Positions 44,680 through 53,531 of a stretch of 64,000 nucleotides of DNA are shown piece after piece (the first letter of the stretch is position 1; each line of letters opens with the position of its first letter). The notes beneath the pieces are model-generated. The model saw only the letters and a program-made list of their open reading frames with translations, did not search any database and was not told where the DNA came from. Source of the DNA: Bryobacteraceae bacterium (GTDB lineage Bacteria > Acidobacteriota > Terriglobia > Bryobacterales > Bryobacteraceae); the NCBI GenBank assembly GCA_035486095.1, contig DATHNM010000479.1:18004-82003 (forward strand), written 5' to 3'. The position numbers and the translations under genes are program-made.

Positions 44680-45888
44680 TCACGCCGGCAGCCGTTTGCC
44701 GGCAACAACCACGGCGTAGGGGAAGAGTTTCTGGTGACCGGTACGCTTGGTGTCCGCGTTATCGACGAACTCGAAATCTCCTTCCTTCAAGTCGAGCACT
44801 GTTACGTCGGCAACCGCGCCGGTTCGAAGCGATCCATAGGCCTTGAATTCGGGGATGGCGCGGGCCGCGTTGGCCGTCACCCGCGCGACCACCTGATCCA
44901 CCGGCATGCCCAGCATGATGAACTTCGACATGACGTTCGGAAGAGTGAACACCTGATAGGTTCGCGCGGCGGCGGTCATGTCGGACGAGATGGTGTCCGG
45001 CAGAAAATCCTGCTGCAGGGCGCGCTCGGCTACCTCCCAGGTGATGTGCCCGACGCGCCCGTTTCCCACGTCGAAAAGAATTCCGCGCTGTCTTGCCTCG
45101 CGGACCTGCGGCAGCACCCGCCCGTTATCATCCAGGATTCCGTGCGGCGCCGGTGAATAGAGGTGAGTAACAATGTCGCCGGGCCTGAGCAATGAAAGAA
45201 TCTCGGGAAGGGTCGACACGGTTTGGCCTATGTGCACCATGATGGGCACCTTCAACGGATCGGCCACTTGACGCGCGCGCCGCACGGCTTCCAGATCGTT
45301 GTCGCCGGCCACGGTGCGCGAAAGCCGCGCCTTGATACCCACAATCCACTGACGATTCTGTTCGATCACGCGGCGTGTTGCATCCACCTTTGCGTTCTCG
45401 ATATGGATGAGTTCGCCGTCCGGCTCCACTCCCAGATGCCCTATATTCAGAAGTATCCGCACCCGGTTCGGCGCGGTTTTAGCGATGGCGAGCAGGTCGT
45501 CGGGATTGTCAGAGCCGCGGGAACCGGCATCCACTAGCGAGGTGACCCCATCGGCCAGGCAAGTTGCCGGTGGCATCAGCTTGTCGGCCAGATGCGTGTG
45601 AATATCGATCAGGCCGGGCGTTACTAACTTTCCTGTTGCATCCAGCACCTCCTTGGCTGAGGAAGCGGGGATATTCGGCCGGATGGCTGAGATACGGCCG
45701 TCGCGAATAGCCACATCCGCCATCAGATCCATGCGCTGGGCAGCGTCCAGCACGCGGCCGCCTCGAATAACCAAGTCGTATTGGGCCGCGAACATGCGCG
45801 CGGGATCAGCAAGAATCAGGGGCGCCAGAGCACCGGCGCGAAGAAACTGCCGGCGGATCATCTTGGAAGTTTCGGCGGCGCTGAGCAT
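44680..45888 (-). CDS. Amidohydrolase/deacetylase-family metallohydrolase with a Tat-like leader
   Basis: MIRRQFLRAGALAPLILA leader. GGRVLD...PGLIDIHTHL (HxH metal site). Later VPIMVHIG and ILFDVGNG, typical of dihydroorotase-like amidohydrolases. Confidence 0.75.
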   Translation of the reverse strand: MLSAAETSKMIRRQFLRAGALAPLILADPARMFAAQYDLVIRGGRVLDAAQRMDLMADVAIRDGRISAIRPNIPASSAKEVLDATGKLVTPGLIDIHTHLADKLMPPATCLADGVTSLVDAGSRGSDNPDDLLAIAKTAPNRVRILLNIGHLGVEPDGELIHIENAKVDATRRVIEQNRQWIVGIKARLSRTVAGDNDLEAVRRARQVADPLKVPIMVHIGQTVSTLPEILSLLRPGDIVTHLYSPAPHGILDDNGRVLPQVREARQRGILFDVGNGRVGHITWEVAERALQQDFLPDTISSDMTAAARTYQVFTLPNVMSKFIMLGMPVDQVVARVTANAARAIPEFKAYGSLRTGAVADVTVLDLKEGDFEFVDNADTKRTGHQKLFPYAVVVAGKRLPA

Positions 45889-46062
45889 AAAAATGTTTCC
45901 TCTCGACGAGTGAGTATATCAACGAACGTTAGGCAACATTTCTATGCGCGTTAGAGCGGGGTATGGAGGTACTAGACCCCTTGTGAAAAACTTGGAGCAT
46001 AAATCGACGTAACACCAAGCACACGGATGCATCTTACAGACGAGTTCAGGTCCTCTTAGGTC

Positions 46063-46109
46063 AGAAGCCGGGCTGTGGAATGGTGGCTAGAGCCACCATC
46101 CCGGCTTCT
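46063..46109 (-). terminator. Long imperfect hairpin downstream of the exonuclease gene
   Basis: AGAAGCCGGG (46063-46072) plus ATGGTGGCT (46080-46088) pair with AGCCACCAT (46091-46099) plus CCCGGCTTCT (46100-46109). There is a 7-nt bulge. It lies 14 nt past the stop at 46123. Confidence 0.5.
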
Positions 46110-46122
46110 ACTCTCTTCAGGT

Positions 46123-47034
46123 TCAGCGGCTCTTAGGCCGTTTGCTCTCTGTCTTGGCCGCGTCAAAGCGCGCCGCCAGTTCCGCGAAGCTATCCGTGGG
46201 CCCGTTCCATCGAAGTTGTTCCACATCATCAAAAAGCGCAATGTCGGTTCGCAGCGTAGCTAGCGTGCGAAAGAGCATGGCCTGTTCGCGCTGTTGTAAA
46301 AGCGTGCGTGCCAGGGCGCTTGCGCTGGCGGCGTTGACGTGCCACTCCTGCCAGTCCGTGGGGATGGATTCCAGATGGCCGAACTTTGCCAGAACCGCGG
46401 CCGTGGATTTCGCTCCCCAACCCGGCAAGCCCGGATAACCGTCGGCTGCGTCGCCCACCAGCGCGAGATAATCCGGGATCGATGCCGGCGGGACGCCGAA
46501 CTTCTGGACCACTCCGGCCTCATCCAGCGTCACGCGTGTTCTGCGATTCAGTTGGACAATGCGGGTTCCGCTTACGCACTGCGCCAGGTCTTTATCCGGG
46601 GTGCAGATAATCACGCGCTCGACGCGGACGTCCCTGGCCGCGGCTGCCGCGCCGGCGGCAAGTGCATCGTCCGCTTCAAATTCAACCATCGGCCACAGCA
46701 CGATGCCGGCTGCGGCAAGCGTTTGTTCGAGCAGAGGAAACTGCGCCCACAGGTCTGGGTCGATGCCCTCGCCGGTTTTGTATCCCGGCCAAAGCGCGTT
46801 GCGGAACGACTCAATGACTTGGTCTGTAGCAACCGCCACGTGCGTTGCGCCGCCGCTGATCATGCCCAGCACGGATGCAAGCACTGCGCGCACCGCGCCC
46901 ACCTCAAAACCGTCCCGATCGCGAGCCGAGGGCACAGCGTAGTAGTGCCTGAATAATTCGTAAGTGCCGTCGATCAGGTAAACGTCCAGGAGCGCACCTC
47001 CACGCACAACCCTATATGACTTGCGGCCTGCCAA
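46123..47034 (-). CDS. Stand-alone 5'-3' exonuclease / flap endonuclease (PIN-like plus H3TH)
   Basis: YLIDGTYELFRHYYA, EADDALAA, TPDKDLAQ and H3TH IPDYLALVGDAADGYPGLPGWGAKSTAAVLAKFGHLESI. Confidence 0.85.
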   Translation of the reverse strand: MAGRKSYRVVRGGALLDVYLIDGTYELFRHYYAVPSARDRDGFEVGAVRAVLASVLGMISGGATHVAVATDQVIESFRNALWPGYKTGEGIDPDLWAQFPLLEQTLAAAGIVLWPMVEFEADDALAAGAAAAARDVRVERVIICTPDKDLAQCVSGTRIVQLNRRTRVTLDEAGVVQKFGVPPASIPDYLALVGDAADGYPGLPGWGAKSTAAVLAKFGHLESIPTDWQEWHVNAASASALARTLLQQREQAMLFRTLATLRTDIALFDDVEQLRWNGPTDSFAELAARFDAAKTESKRPKSR

Positions 47035-47090
47035 TCAACCCGTCTACGGTAGCGGCGGCCACGCCTTCGTTATAATGCAATCGGTTTGAC

Positions 47091-47546
47091 ATGCCACCCA
47101 GGTTCACGCGGTCATCTAGCCGCTTCGCAATGTTGTGCAGCGTGGAGATCAATATCCAGGCAAGTGCTCAAAGTATATGGAGCCTGCTGACCGATGCGCA
47201 GGGCTTTCCGCGCTGGAATTCTACCGTCACCGGCATCGAGGGTGAGATACGCGAAGGCCAGCGGCTTCGCGTGCACGTTCCCGGCACCAGCCGGGCCTTC
47301 GCTCCCAAGGTGTCGGGCGTTGTGGCCAACCAACGCATGATTTGGACCGGCGGATTTTCGCCCATGTTCAAGGGCGTGCGCATCTTTGAGTTGCGGCCCG
47401 GCAAAGACGGCTCAACCGATTTCTCGATGCAGGAGCGCTTCTCCGGTCTCATGCTGCCTTTCGTTCAGGGCTCCCTGCCCGACTTCGGACCGATATTCGA
47501 GCGCTACGCCAGCGACTTGAAACGCGCCGCGGAACAGACCGCCTAA
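47091..47546 (+). CDS. SRPBCC (START/polyketide-cyclase-like) domain protein
   Basis: VEINIQASAQSIWSLLTDAQGFPRWNSTVTGIEGEIREGQRLRVHV... The start may be the internal ATG at 47130 (MLCSVEINIQ). Confidence 0.7.
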   Translation: MPPRFTRSSSRFAMLCSVEINIQASAQSIWSLLTDAQGFPRWNSTVTGIEGEIREGQRLRVHVPGTSRAFAPKVSGVVANQRMIWTGGFSPMFKGVRIFELRPGKDGSTDFSMQERFSGLMLPFVQGSLPDFGPIFERYASDLKRAAEQTA

Positions 47547-47556
47547 GCGGACGCGC

Positions 47557-48762
47557 CTATCTGGCTGGACGCACACGCGATGGTTGGCGTAAGCGAGGAG
47601 GCGGCATGGATCCGCCGAGCCGCATGCGCAGATACGCGCGGCAGCGCGCCGCCACCAGCCCGGCAGTGGATGTCACCAGCTCCGAAAAGGAACGGCAATC
47701 GAACGTGGCTTGCAAATAGCGGCTGAAGCCGAAGCAGCGTTTAAGCGCTGGCTGGCCTTCCGTCAGCCTGAGATAATCGAACGCCAGAACCGGCAAAGTT
47801 CCCACCAGCGGCCGCGGTCGAATCTTTACGCGATGTTCCACGCGCTCCCGGAAAGATACCTGGATTCGGCTCAGCGAATGTAAAGCGCTCACAGGTATAT
47901 CGACACCCATTCGAGCCTTCAGATATTCCAATGCATCGCTCACCGGAGCAGCCAACCGGCGCGAGCTTACCTGTTCGACAAAGCGGTTCCAATCCAGGCT
48001 TGCCCCCGCAGCCCGAATCAATACGGTGGCATCCGCAATCCAGCTCACTGGTTGCACCAGGCTCCAGCGAGCGCCATGCACTATCACATGCAGCAGTTGA
48101 TCCGCCGCGCACAGGGACTTGCACGGGGCGCCGTAAATGTCGCAGGCAATCGCCTGGCGCCAGAAATCGTTATTCGATCCGGGCGCGCAGCATTCCTGAA
48201 GCACGTTCCAATGCAGGTCCACGCGTTGGCCATCGGCCCGCACGAACTCATCGCCGTGCCGGATGTCCATCAGCAGTTCCGGATTATCCAGTGAAGACTT
48301 CCATTCCCAGGCGCGCAGCCAGTGGATTGCCTGCTGTGCTGCTTCGCGTCTCACAAGTAGATCCAGATCCGTCATGGGCCGCACTCCGAAGTCGCGATAG
48401 GCCAGTACGCTGAGCGCGCCTCCTTTCAGCACCATGGGCTCAATTCCCTGGTCGTGGAATCGCGACAAGAGATCTGCCAGCGTGCGGAAGCGAAGTTGGT
48501 TTTGCGACCAGGTTTTCCGGTAAACCCCCTGCAGACCGGCGAGCGGCCGGTCTTCGCGCCAGTGGCTGGCAAGGTTGCGATACACCAGCGGCAAAATGCG
48601 GTTTACGCCGGAATCCAGCTGGCCGCCGCCGGTCTGTTGCCGCCAGAGCTGCCAGGCGCGATGTCCCGCTTCTGGATCCTGCAACGCCGCCTGCAGCAGC
48701 AGTTCCTGCGTCACGCTGGGAAACTGCCAGCCCGCGAAACGAACATTTTTCGCCGGCCTCAC
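47557..48762 (-). CDS. Uncharacterised nucleotidyltransferase family protein (NTP_transf_5-like), copy 1
   Basis: VLKGGALSVLAYRDFGVRPMTDLDLLVRRE and ...DLHWNVL... match the family hallmark (KG...Y......R...DlDlLv). GTG start with a GTGA overlap onto the upstream gene's stop (48759-48762). Confidence 0.7.
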   Translation of the reverse strand: MRPAKNVRFAGWQFPSVTQELLLQAALQDPEAGHRAWQLWRQQTGGGQLDSGVNRILPLVYRNLASHWREDRPLAGLQGVYRKTWSQNQLRFRTLADLLSRFHDQGIEPMVLKGGALSVLAYRDFGVRPMTDLDLLVRREAAQQAIHWLRAWEWKSSLDNPELLMDIRHGDEFVRADGQRVDLHWNVLQECCAPGSNNDFWRQAIACDIYGAPCKSLCAADQLLHVIVHGARWSLVQPVSWIADATVLIRAAGASLDWNRFVEQVSSRRLAAPVSDALEYLKARMGVDIPVSALHSLSRIQVSFRERVEHRVKIRPRPLVGTLPVLAFDYLRLTEGQPALKRCFGFSRYLQATFDCRSFSELVTSTAGLVAARCRAYLRMRLGGSMPPPRLRQPSRVRPAR

Positions 48763-50123
48763 GACGCTGCCATCGGATCGGGAAAGCGAACCAGATTCGT
48801 CTCTTCGATCGCTCCATGCAGTTGAGGCACTTGTACGGCGCGCCGCACTTTCAGCAAATCTCGGGTGCGTGCGTCGGAACTATTGGCGGGCAGCTCGATC
48901 CAGGCAACCGTATAAACATTTCCTCCCGACGCAAGCAGGCTTTGCGCCTGGGTTACATAACGGCCGTCCGTCATTCGAACCAGACCGTGGCAGCGCAGCG
49001 CAGCGGAAGGAATGTGATAGGTGAAGTAGCTCACCGTGCTGCGGACCCGCTGCCCGTCTGCAAGGATTGCGCCCGGCCCGGTGGCCAGGTAGCGGATGGT
49101 GTCTCCGTCATCGGACAGATGGAACGCTAGCGTCGCCTGCGGCTTCACCTGCCACCACGCAGCACGGCTCCACTCCGCCGGGCGAAGCGCAGCCAGGGGT
49201 TCCACGCGCCCATTCGCCGGATCAAAACGGAACAACTGGGATGTTCTGGACAGAATGCCGTAGAAGGCATTCTGCTTGCGGTTCCACAATACCTTTCGCC
49301 ACATGGATGGCTCGCCGTCGAACCAAAGCGCCTGGGACGCCACGAGTTCAATCTTATTCGAAACTCTTCGAAAAACAAAAATACGGCCTTGCGAGTCTGA
49401 CCAGTAGACATCGCCGCTTCGCGGGTCCAGTCCCATGCTTCGGCAGATTCGCGACCAGCTTCCATCCCGCGTCGCTCCCCGTTCGCCAAGGCCGAACACC
49501 GAGGGGAAAGATTGCGCCTGGCACGGTTCCATAGAGGACATCAGAAATAACCCGGACGGCCAGGTCAGACCATACAGACATCCGCGCGCCGCGTCGGCCG
49601 CCATCGCGATGATGCCCTCTTCCTCTGGCGCCTTCGAAAGCCGCGTGAATGCGCAAGTTCCCGTATCGAACCCCAAGAAAAAGCCACCCTGGTACGGACG
49701 CCGTCCGGCGATTCTGCCCGGCGTTTCGATCCCGTTCCGGGTGTCGTAAAAACCGATGTGCGTGGCCGTGTACAATTGGCGATTCCATTCCGCGAATTCG
49801 ACGTGCACCTTGCCGTGCGGGATGGCTTGCGGGTCTGTCGCGACGGCGGCATCAAAGCCGGCCAACGCGGAAACTTCGTTCGAACTTTCGTCAAACAAGA
49901 ACAGCCGCGCCGAGGTGTCGCTCCGCCAGCTGCCAATGGCAAAATAGATCTTCCTGTTGGCCGCCTGGTGGAGCGCGTTGTAGCAGGAGTCGCCATGCGT
50001 GAAACCGGTGTCCAACAGCTCTGCGGGAAGAACGCCGTGTCTGGAGCAGAGCTGCTCGGGAAGACTGAGCTGTCTGCTCTGCCAGGCGAACGAACGGGCT
50101 TTTCCTACCAGCATTGTTCCCAA
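48759..50123 (-). CDS. Cytoplasmic protein of unknown function (repetitive beta-rich, possibly propeller-like)
   Basis: 454-aa ORF with no signal peptide and no motif I recognise. It has recurring hydrophobic-Gly/Asp strand patterns (KIYFAIGSW, QLYTATHIGFYD, CLYGLTWPSG, DVYWSDSQGRIFVF, AFYGILSRTSQLFRFD). The start is TTG 50123 or ATG 50114. Confidence 0.6.
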   Translation of the reverse strand: MGTMLVGKARSFAWQSRQLSLPEQLCSRHGVLPAELLDTGFTHGDSCYNALHQAANRKIYFAIGSWRSDTSARLFLFDESSNEVSALAGFDAAVATDPQAIPHGKVHVEFAEWNRQLYTATHIGFYDTRNGIETPGRIAGRRPYQGGFFLGFDTGTCAFTRLSKAPEEEGIIAMAADAARGCLYGLTWPSGLFLMSSMEPCQAQSFPSVFGLGERGATRDGSWSRICRSMGLDPRSGDVYWSDSQGRIFVFRRVSNKIELVASQALWFDGEPSMWRKVLWNRKQNAFYGILSRTSQLFRFDPANGRVEPLAALRPAEWSRAAWWQVKPQATLAFHLSDDGDTIRYLATGPGAILADGQRVRSTVSYFTYHIPSAALRCHGLVRMTDGRYVTQAQSLLASGGNVYTVAWIELPANSSDARTRDLLKVRRAVQVPQLHGAIEETNLVRFPDPMAAS

Positions 50124-50186
50124 CGTCGGACGCCACCCCGTTGCAGCGAACGGGTTATCATAACTAGCATCTTAGCGGCTCGGACA

Positions 50187-51317
50187 ATGAAAGTGCTCTT
50201 CTGGTCGGAACTGTTCTGGCCCTACATCGGCGGTGCCGAGGTGTTTGGGGCGAAGTTGTTGAGCGCCCTTGCGAAGCACGAAAATCAATTCGCGGTCATC
50301 ACCTCGCATGACAACTTGGATCTGCCGGATCGCGATGTTTACGAAGGCATCCCGGTCTATCGATTCCCGTTTCGCGCCGTGCTTTCCGGCCGCGCCCTCA
50401 GCCGGTTCCCGGAAGTGATTCGCGGAGTTGCGCGCGTGAAAGCTGAATTTCAACCAGACCTGGTGCATGTGAACGCGTTGGGGCCCAGCGCCACATTTCA
50501 TATGCGCGGCTCGGGCCAAGGTGCTGTCCCCACCTTGTTCACGCTGCAGCAAGAGGTTTTGCCGAGCCAAACCGGTTCGGGCAATCTGTTGTATCAACTT
50601 CTCACTGCCGCCTCGCACGTGGTGGGAGTTTCGAACAGCGTGCTGGATCAAGTAAGGAATCTGGCGCCGCAGATTTCAGCGAAGACGTCCTGCATCTACA
50701 ACGGAGTGGATCCGCCGCCGCTGGCTCCTTCACCGCTGCCGTTTCACCCTCCCAGCCTGCTCTGTCTGGGCCGCCTGGTTCCCGCGAAACGAGTGGACTG
50801 GGCCATCGAAGCCATTGCGCGTTTGCGCGATCAGTTTAAAGGAATAGAGCTGGTCATCGCGGGCGATGGTCCGCTGCGCCACGCTCTGGAGGCACGCGCA
50901 CTGCAGCTCGGGGTGCAGGATTGCGTGCGCTTCCTGGGCTGGGTGGAACCGGAACAAGTGTATGAAAAAATCAATGCAGCCACCTGCGTGCTAATGCCGT
51001 CCCAGCGGGAAGGTCTGCCGGTGTCGGGCGTGCAGGCGGCCATGATGGGCCGGCCCATCGTGGGCACGGCCGTTGGAGGATTGGTGGAAGTGGTGCGGCA
51101 CGCGGAGACGGGATGGCTGGTGGCATCAAACGATCTGGAAGGTTTCATCAGCGGCCTGGGTCAACTGCTGGAAAATCCCGAGCGCGCCGCAGGCATGGGC
51201 GCCGCAGCCCGGGTTCACGCCCTTCGCACCTTCGAGTGGCAGTCAACCGTGGAAAGATATCAACAGCTTTACTCTGACGTTGCAGCACATCAGGAGACGA
51301 TACTTGAATCTCGATAG
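50187..51317 (+). CDS. Glycosyltransferase, GT-B fold (GT4/GT1-like)
   Basis: MKVLFWSELFWPYIGGAEVFGAKLLSAL...; C-terminal LMPSQREGLPVSGVQAAMMGRPIVGTAVGGLVEVV (E-x7-E-type region). The start is trimmed from the track ORF 49758, which overlaps the divergent gene. Confidence 0.8.
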   Translation: MKVLFWSELFWPYIGGAEVFGAKLLSALAKHENQFAVITSHDNLDLPDRDVYEGIPVYRFPFRAVLSGRALSRFPEVIRGVARVKAEFQPDLVHVNALGPSATFHMRGSGQGAVPTLFTLQQEVLPSQTGSGNLLYQLLTAASHVVGVSNSVLDQVRNLAPQISAKTSCIYNGVDPPPLAPSPLPFHPPSLLCLGRLVPAKRVDWAIEAIARLRDQFKGIELVIAGDGPLRHALEARALQLGVQDCVRFLGWVEPEQVYEKINAATCVLMPSQREGLPVSGVQAAMMGRPIVGTAVGGLVEVVRHAETGWLVASNDLEGFISGLGQLLENPERAAGMGAAARVHALRTFEWQSTVERYQQLYSDVAAHQETILESR

Positions 51318-51756
51318 CGCGTATGCGCCCCGTGAGGAAGTAGCCAGCGAGCTTATAGACGGGGAAGCCATTATTATCGACCTCAGCACCGGCATGTACT
51401 TCAGCCTGGATCGAGTGGGTGGACGCATCTGGGCCTTGCTGGCCAATCAGGCATCGCTGGGCGAAATTCGCGCGTGCCTGGTGAATGAATACCAGGTGGA
51501 TGAGCAAGTGGCGGGCGAAGATCTGGAAAATCTGGCGCAGCAACTGCTTGCTGAGAATCTTATTGTGCCCGCCAAGGAGCCGCGGCCCTTGGACCACGCG
51601 GCTGACGAAACAACCGCCGCAAAGGCTCCCTATCAACCGGCGCGCCTGGTTGCCTACCGCGATATGGGCGACCTGCTGGCTCTGGATCCGCCGGCTCCCG
51701 GCCTGTCCGAAATAGTTTGGCGCGATGGCCCGGCAAACGAGCGCGACGAACGTTAA
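51304..51756 (+). CDS. PqqD-family (RRE-type) peptide-chaperone-like protein with a ~60-aa C-terminal extension
   Basis: TTG 51304 lies 6 nt after AGGAGA (51292-51297). EVASELIDGEAIIIDLSTGMYFSLDRVGGRIWALLANQASLGEIRACLVNEYQVDEQVAGEDLENLAQQLLAENLIV matches the PqqD fold pattern. The tail is ...APYQPARLVAYRDMGDLLALDPPAPGLSEIVWRDGPANERDER. Confidence 0.7.
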   Translation: MNLDSAYAPREEVASELIDGEAIIIDLSTGMYFSLDRVGGRIWALLANQASLGEIRACLVNEYQVDEQVAGEDLENLAQQLLAENLIVPAKEPRPLDHAADETTAAKAPYQPARLVAYRDMGDLLALDPPAPGLSEIVWRDGPANERDER

Positions 51757-51759
51757 GCG

Positions 51760-52800
51760 ATGCGCGCACCGGCAAACCAAGAGCTGGACGAACCGGGTTT
51801 AGAGAGCTATGCCGAACTGCGCGCGGAGTTCGAAACCTCGGCACGTGCCCGCGCGGTTCTGGAGAGAAGCATTGAGATCGCCGGCCGGCAGGTGCAAATG
51901 CGATTGGTGGGAGAGCCGATTGCCGCCTGGATCGATCCCGCGCTTGGCCATCTTGCATCGAAATCCGTCGGTTCATCGCCAAGACTGACAGTCGATCTGT
52001 TTCCCGGCGCTTCCGGGCAGCCTGGTTCCGACGGTGCGGGCCGCATTTCGACGTCGGCCGACGGACGCTTTCTGAGCCAGAGCGTGGGTGGCTGCTATTA
52101 CCTGCTGGATCGAACGGAACGGCGGCTGGTAGGTTCCATTTGCTCGCTGGAGGAAATTCCTTCCTGGGAGCGGGTCAAACCGCTCTCGGTGCCGGTGACC
52201 ACATGGCTGAACGACGATGGGCTTAGCGTGATTCACGCCGGGCTGGTTTCGCTGGGCGGCCAGGGAGTGCTGTTCGCCGGGCCCAGCGGGACCGGAAAAT
52301 CCACCTGCGCCCTGGCGTGCGCGGTCGCTGGATTCGATTTTTTGGGGGACGATTGTATTATTCTCGACGTCCAACACGGCACGGGTTCGGCAAACAATTG
52401 CATCGGTTACAGCCTCTATTCAACCGGCGCGCTGGATGCCGCCCATCTCGAAAAATTTGCTTCGCCGCTGGTCCACACCAATGGCGCCACGGCATCGCGA
52501 GGAAAACAGTTGATCGCCCTGCATGTTGCGCAGCACATTCAAACCGTTCCTCAGTCGAAAATCCGCGCCATTATGCTGCCCCGGCTCACGCAAGAAGAAC
52601 GCAGCGTGATCCGTCCGGCGGCTAAGAGCGATGCGCTGCGGTTGCTGGCGCCCAGCTCGATCATCAAGCGCGCGGTCCCGGCCGGGCGCACACTCGCCAG
52701 ACTTGCGGCGCTGGTCAACCTGGTGCCCAGCTACTGGCTGGACATGAGCCACAATCCCACCGATATTTCAAAAGCCATCGCGCCGCTCATCACGCCATGA
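51760..52800 (+). CDS. HPr-kinase-related (HprK C-terminal-domain-like) kinase
   Basis: P-loop plus downstream acidic motif LFAGPSGTGKSTCALACAVAGFDFLGDDCIIL (P-loop 52279-52302), as in HprK GxSGxGKSexAL...G..lvaDD. There is no HPr/PTS context. Confidence 0.75.
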   Translation: MRAPANQELDEPGLESYAELRAEFETSARARAVLERSIEIAGRQVQMRLVGEPIAAWIDPALGHLASKSVGSSPRLTVDLFPGASGQPGSDGAGRISTSADGRFLSQSVGGCYYLLDRTERRLVGSICSLEEIPSWERVKPLSVPVTTWLNDDGLSVIHAGLVSLGGQGVLFAGPSGTGKSTCALACAVAGFDFLGDDCIILDVQHGTGSANNCIGYSLYSTGALDAAHLEKFASPLVHTNGATASRGKQLIALHVAQHIQTVPQSKIRAIMLPRLTQEERSVIRPAAKSDALRLLAPSSIIKRAVPAGRTLARLAALVNLVPSYWLDMSHNPTDISKAIAPLITP

Positions 52801-53531
52801 CACCGCTTGTCAGTTGCATCATCCCGGTTTTCAACAGCGAGCGCTTCATAGCGGCGGCAGTGGAGAGCATTCTGGGACAGACCCACCGGCCAATCGAAAC
52901 CATCGTCGTTGACGACGGCTCTACCGATGGCACGGGCGCAATGCTGCAACAGTTCTCAGGCGTCCTTAAAGTGATCACTCAAGCCAACGCAGGGCATGCC
53001 GCTGCCAGGAACGCGGGCATCCGCGCGGCGGCCGGCGAATATATCGCTTTTCTGGATGCGGACGATCTTTGGCATCGCGACAAGCTGGCGCGCCAATTAC
53101 AGCGTCTGGCCGAAAATCCGGCGCTGGGCGTCACCTTTTCACATCTGCTGAATTTCAGCGGAAATCCGCCGCCGGCCGAGATCGATGTTTCCCCGGCCAC
53201 GGCCGGCGCCGTCCCCGGCTACACCAGTGTCACCATGCTGGCGCGGCGCACGCTCTTCCACACCATCGGGCTCTTCGACGAAACGCTGCGCCACGGCAAC
53301 GATCGCGATTGGCTGCTGCGTGCCGCCGAGCAAGGCGTCCACGTGGACTTGCTGCCCGAAGTTCTGGTTTACAGGCGGCTGCACGATGCCAACCGCAGCG
53401 CGGCGCTGGGTGGGTCCAGCCGCGCCGAATATCTCCGCATCATCAAGGCGTCGCTCGATCGGCGGCGTGCCAAAGATGGTCACGCCACTGAGTTGGATCT
53501 GGGAGGTGCCCGCCGGCAGGAGGAGCCTTGA
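52797..53531 (+). CDS. Family-2 glycosyltransferase (GT-A fold)
   Basis: VSCIIPVFNSERFIAAAVESILGQTHRPIETIVVDDGSTDGT and the DxD region IAFLDADDLW. ATGA overlap upstream. Confidence 0.85.
   Translation: MTPLVSCIIPVFNSERFIAAAVESILGQTHRPIETIVVDDGSTDGTGAMLQQFSGVLKVITQANAGHAAARNAGIRAAAGEYIAFLDADDLWHRDKLARQLQRLAENPALGVTFSHLLNFSGNPPPAEIDVSPATAGAVPGYTSVTMLARRTLFHTIGLFDETLRHGNDRDWLLRAAEQGVHVDLLPEVLVYRRLHDANRSAALGGSSRAEYLRIIKASLDRRRAKDGHATELDLGGARRQEEP

Noticed and set aside
45889-46062. AT-rich spacers scanned for tRNA or small RNA genes or mobile-element ends. The others scanned were 23538..23780, 28332..28547, 36506..36673 and 38483..38815.
   Set aside because: I could not fold any into a cloverleaf or find conserved tRNA boxes. 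I saw no terminal inverted repeats, target-site duplications, or integrase/transposase ORFs. They are best treated as promoter or terminator spacers.
51304-51756. Interpreting the PqqD-family ORF as part of PQQ cofactor biosynthesis for the three quinoproteins.
   Set aside because: No pqqA/B/C/E genes are adjacent. The neighbours are a kinase, nucleotidyltransferases and glycosyltransferases, so the RRE-type role is more likely.
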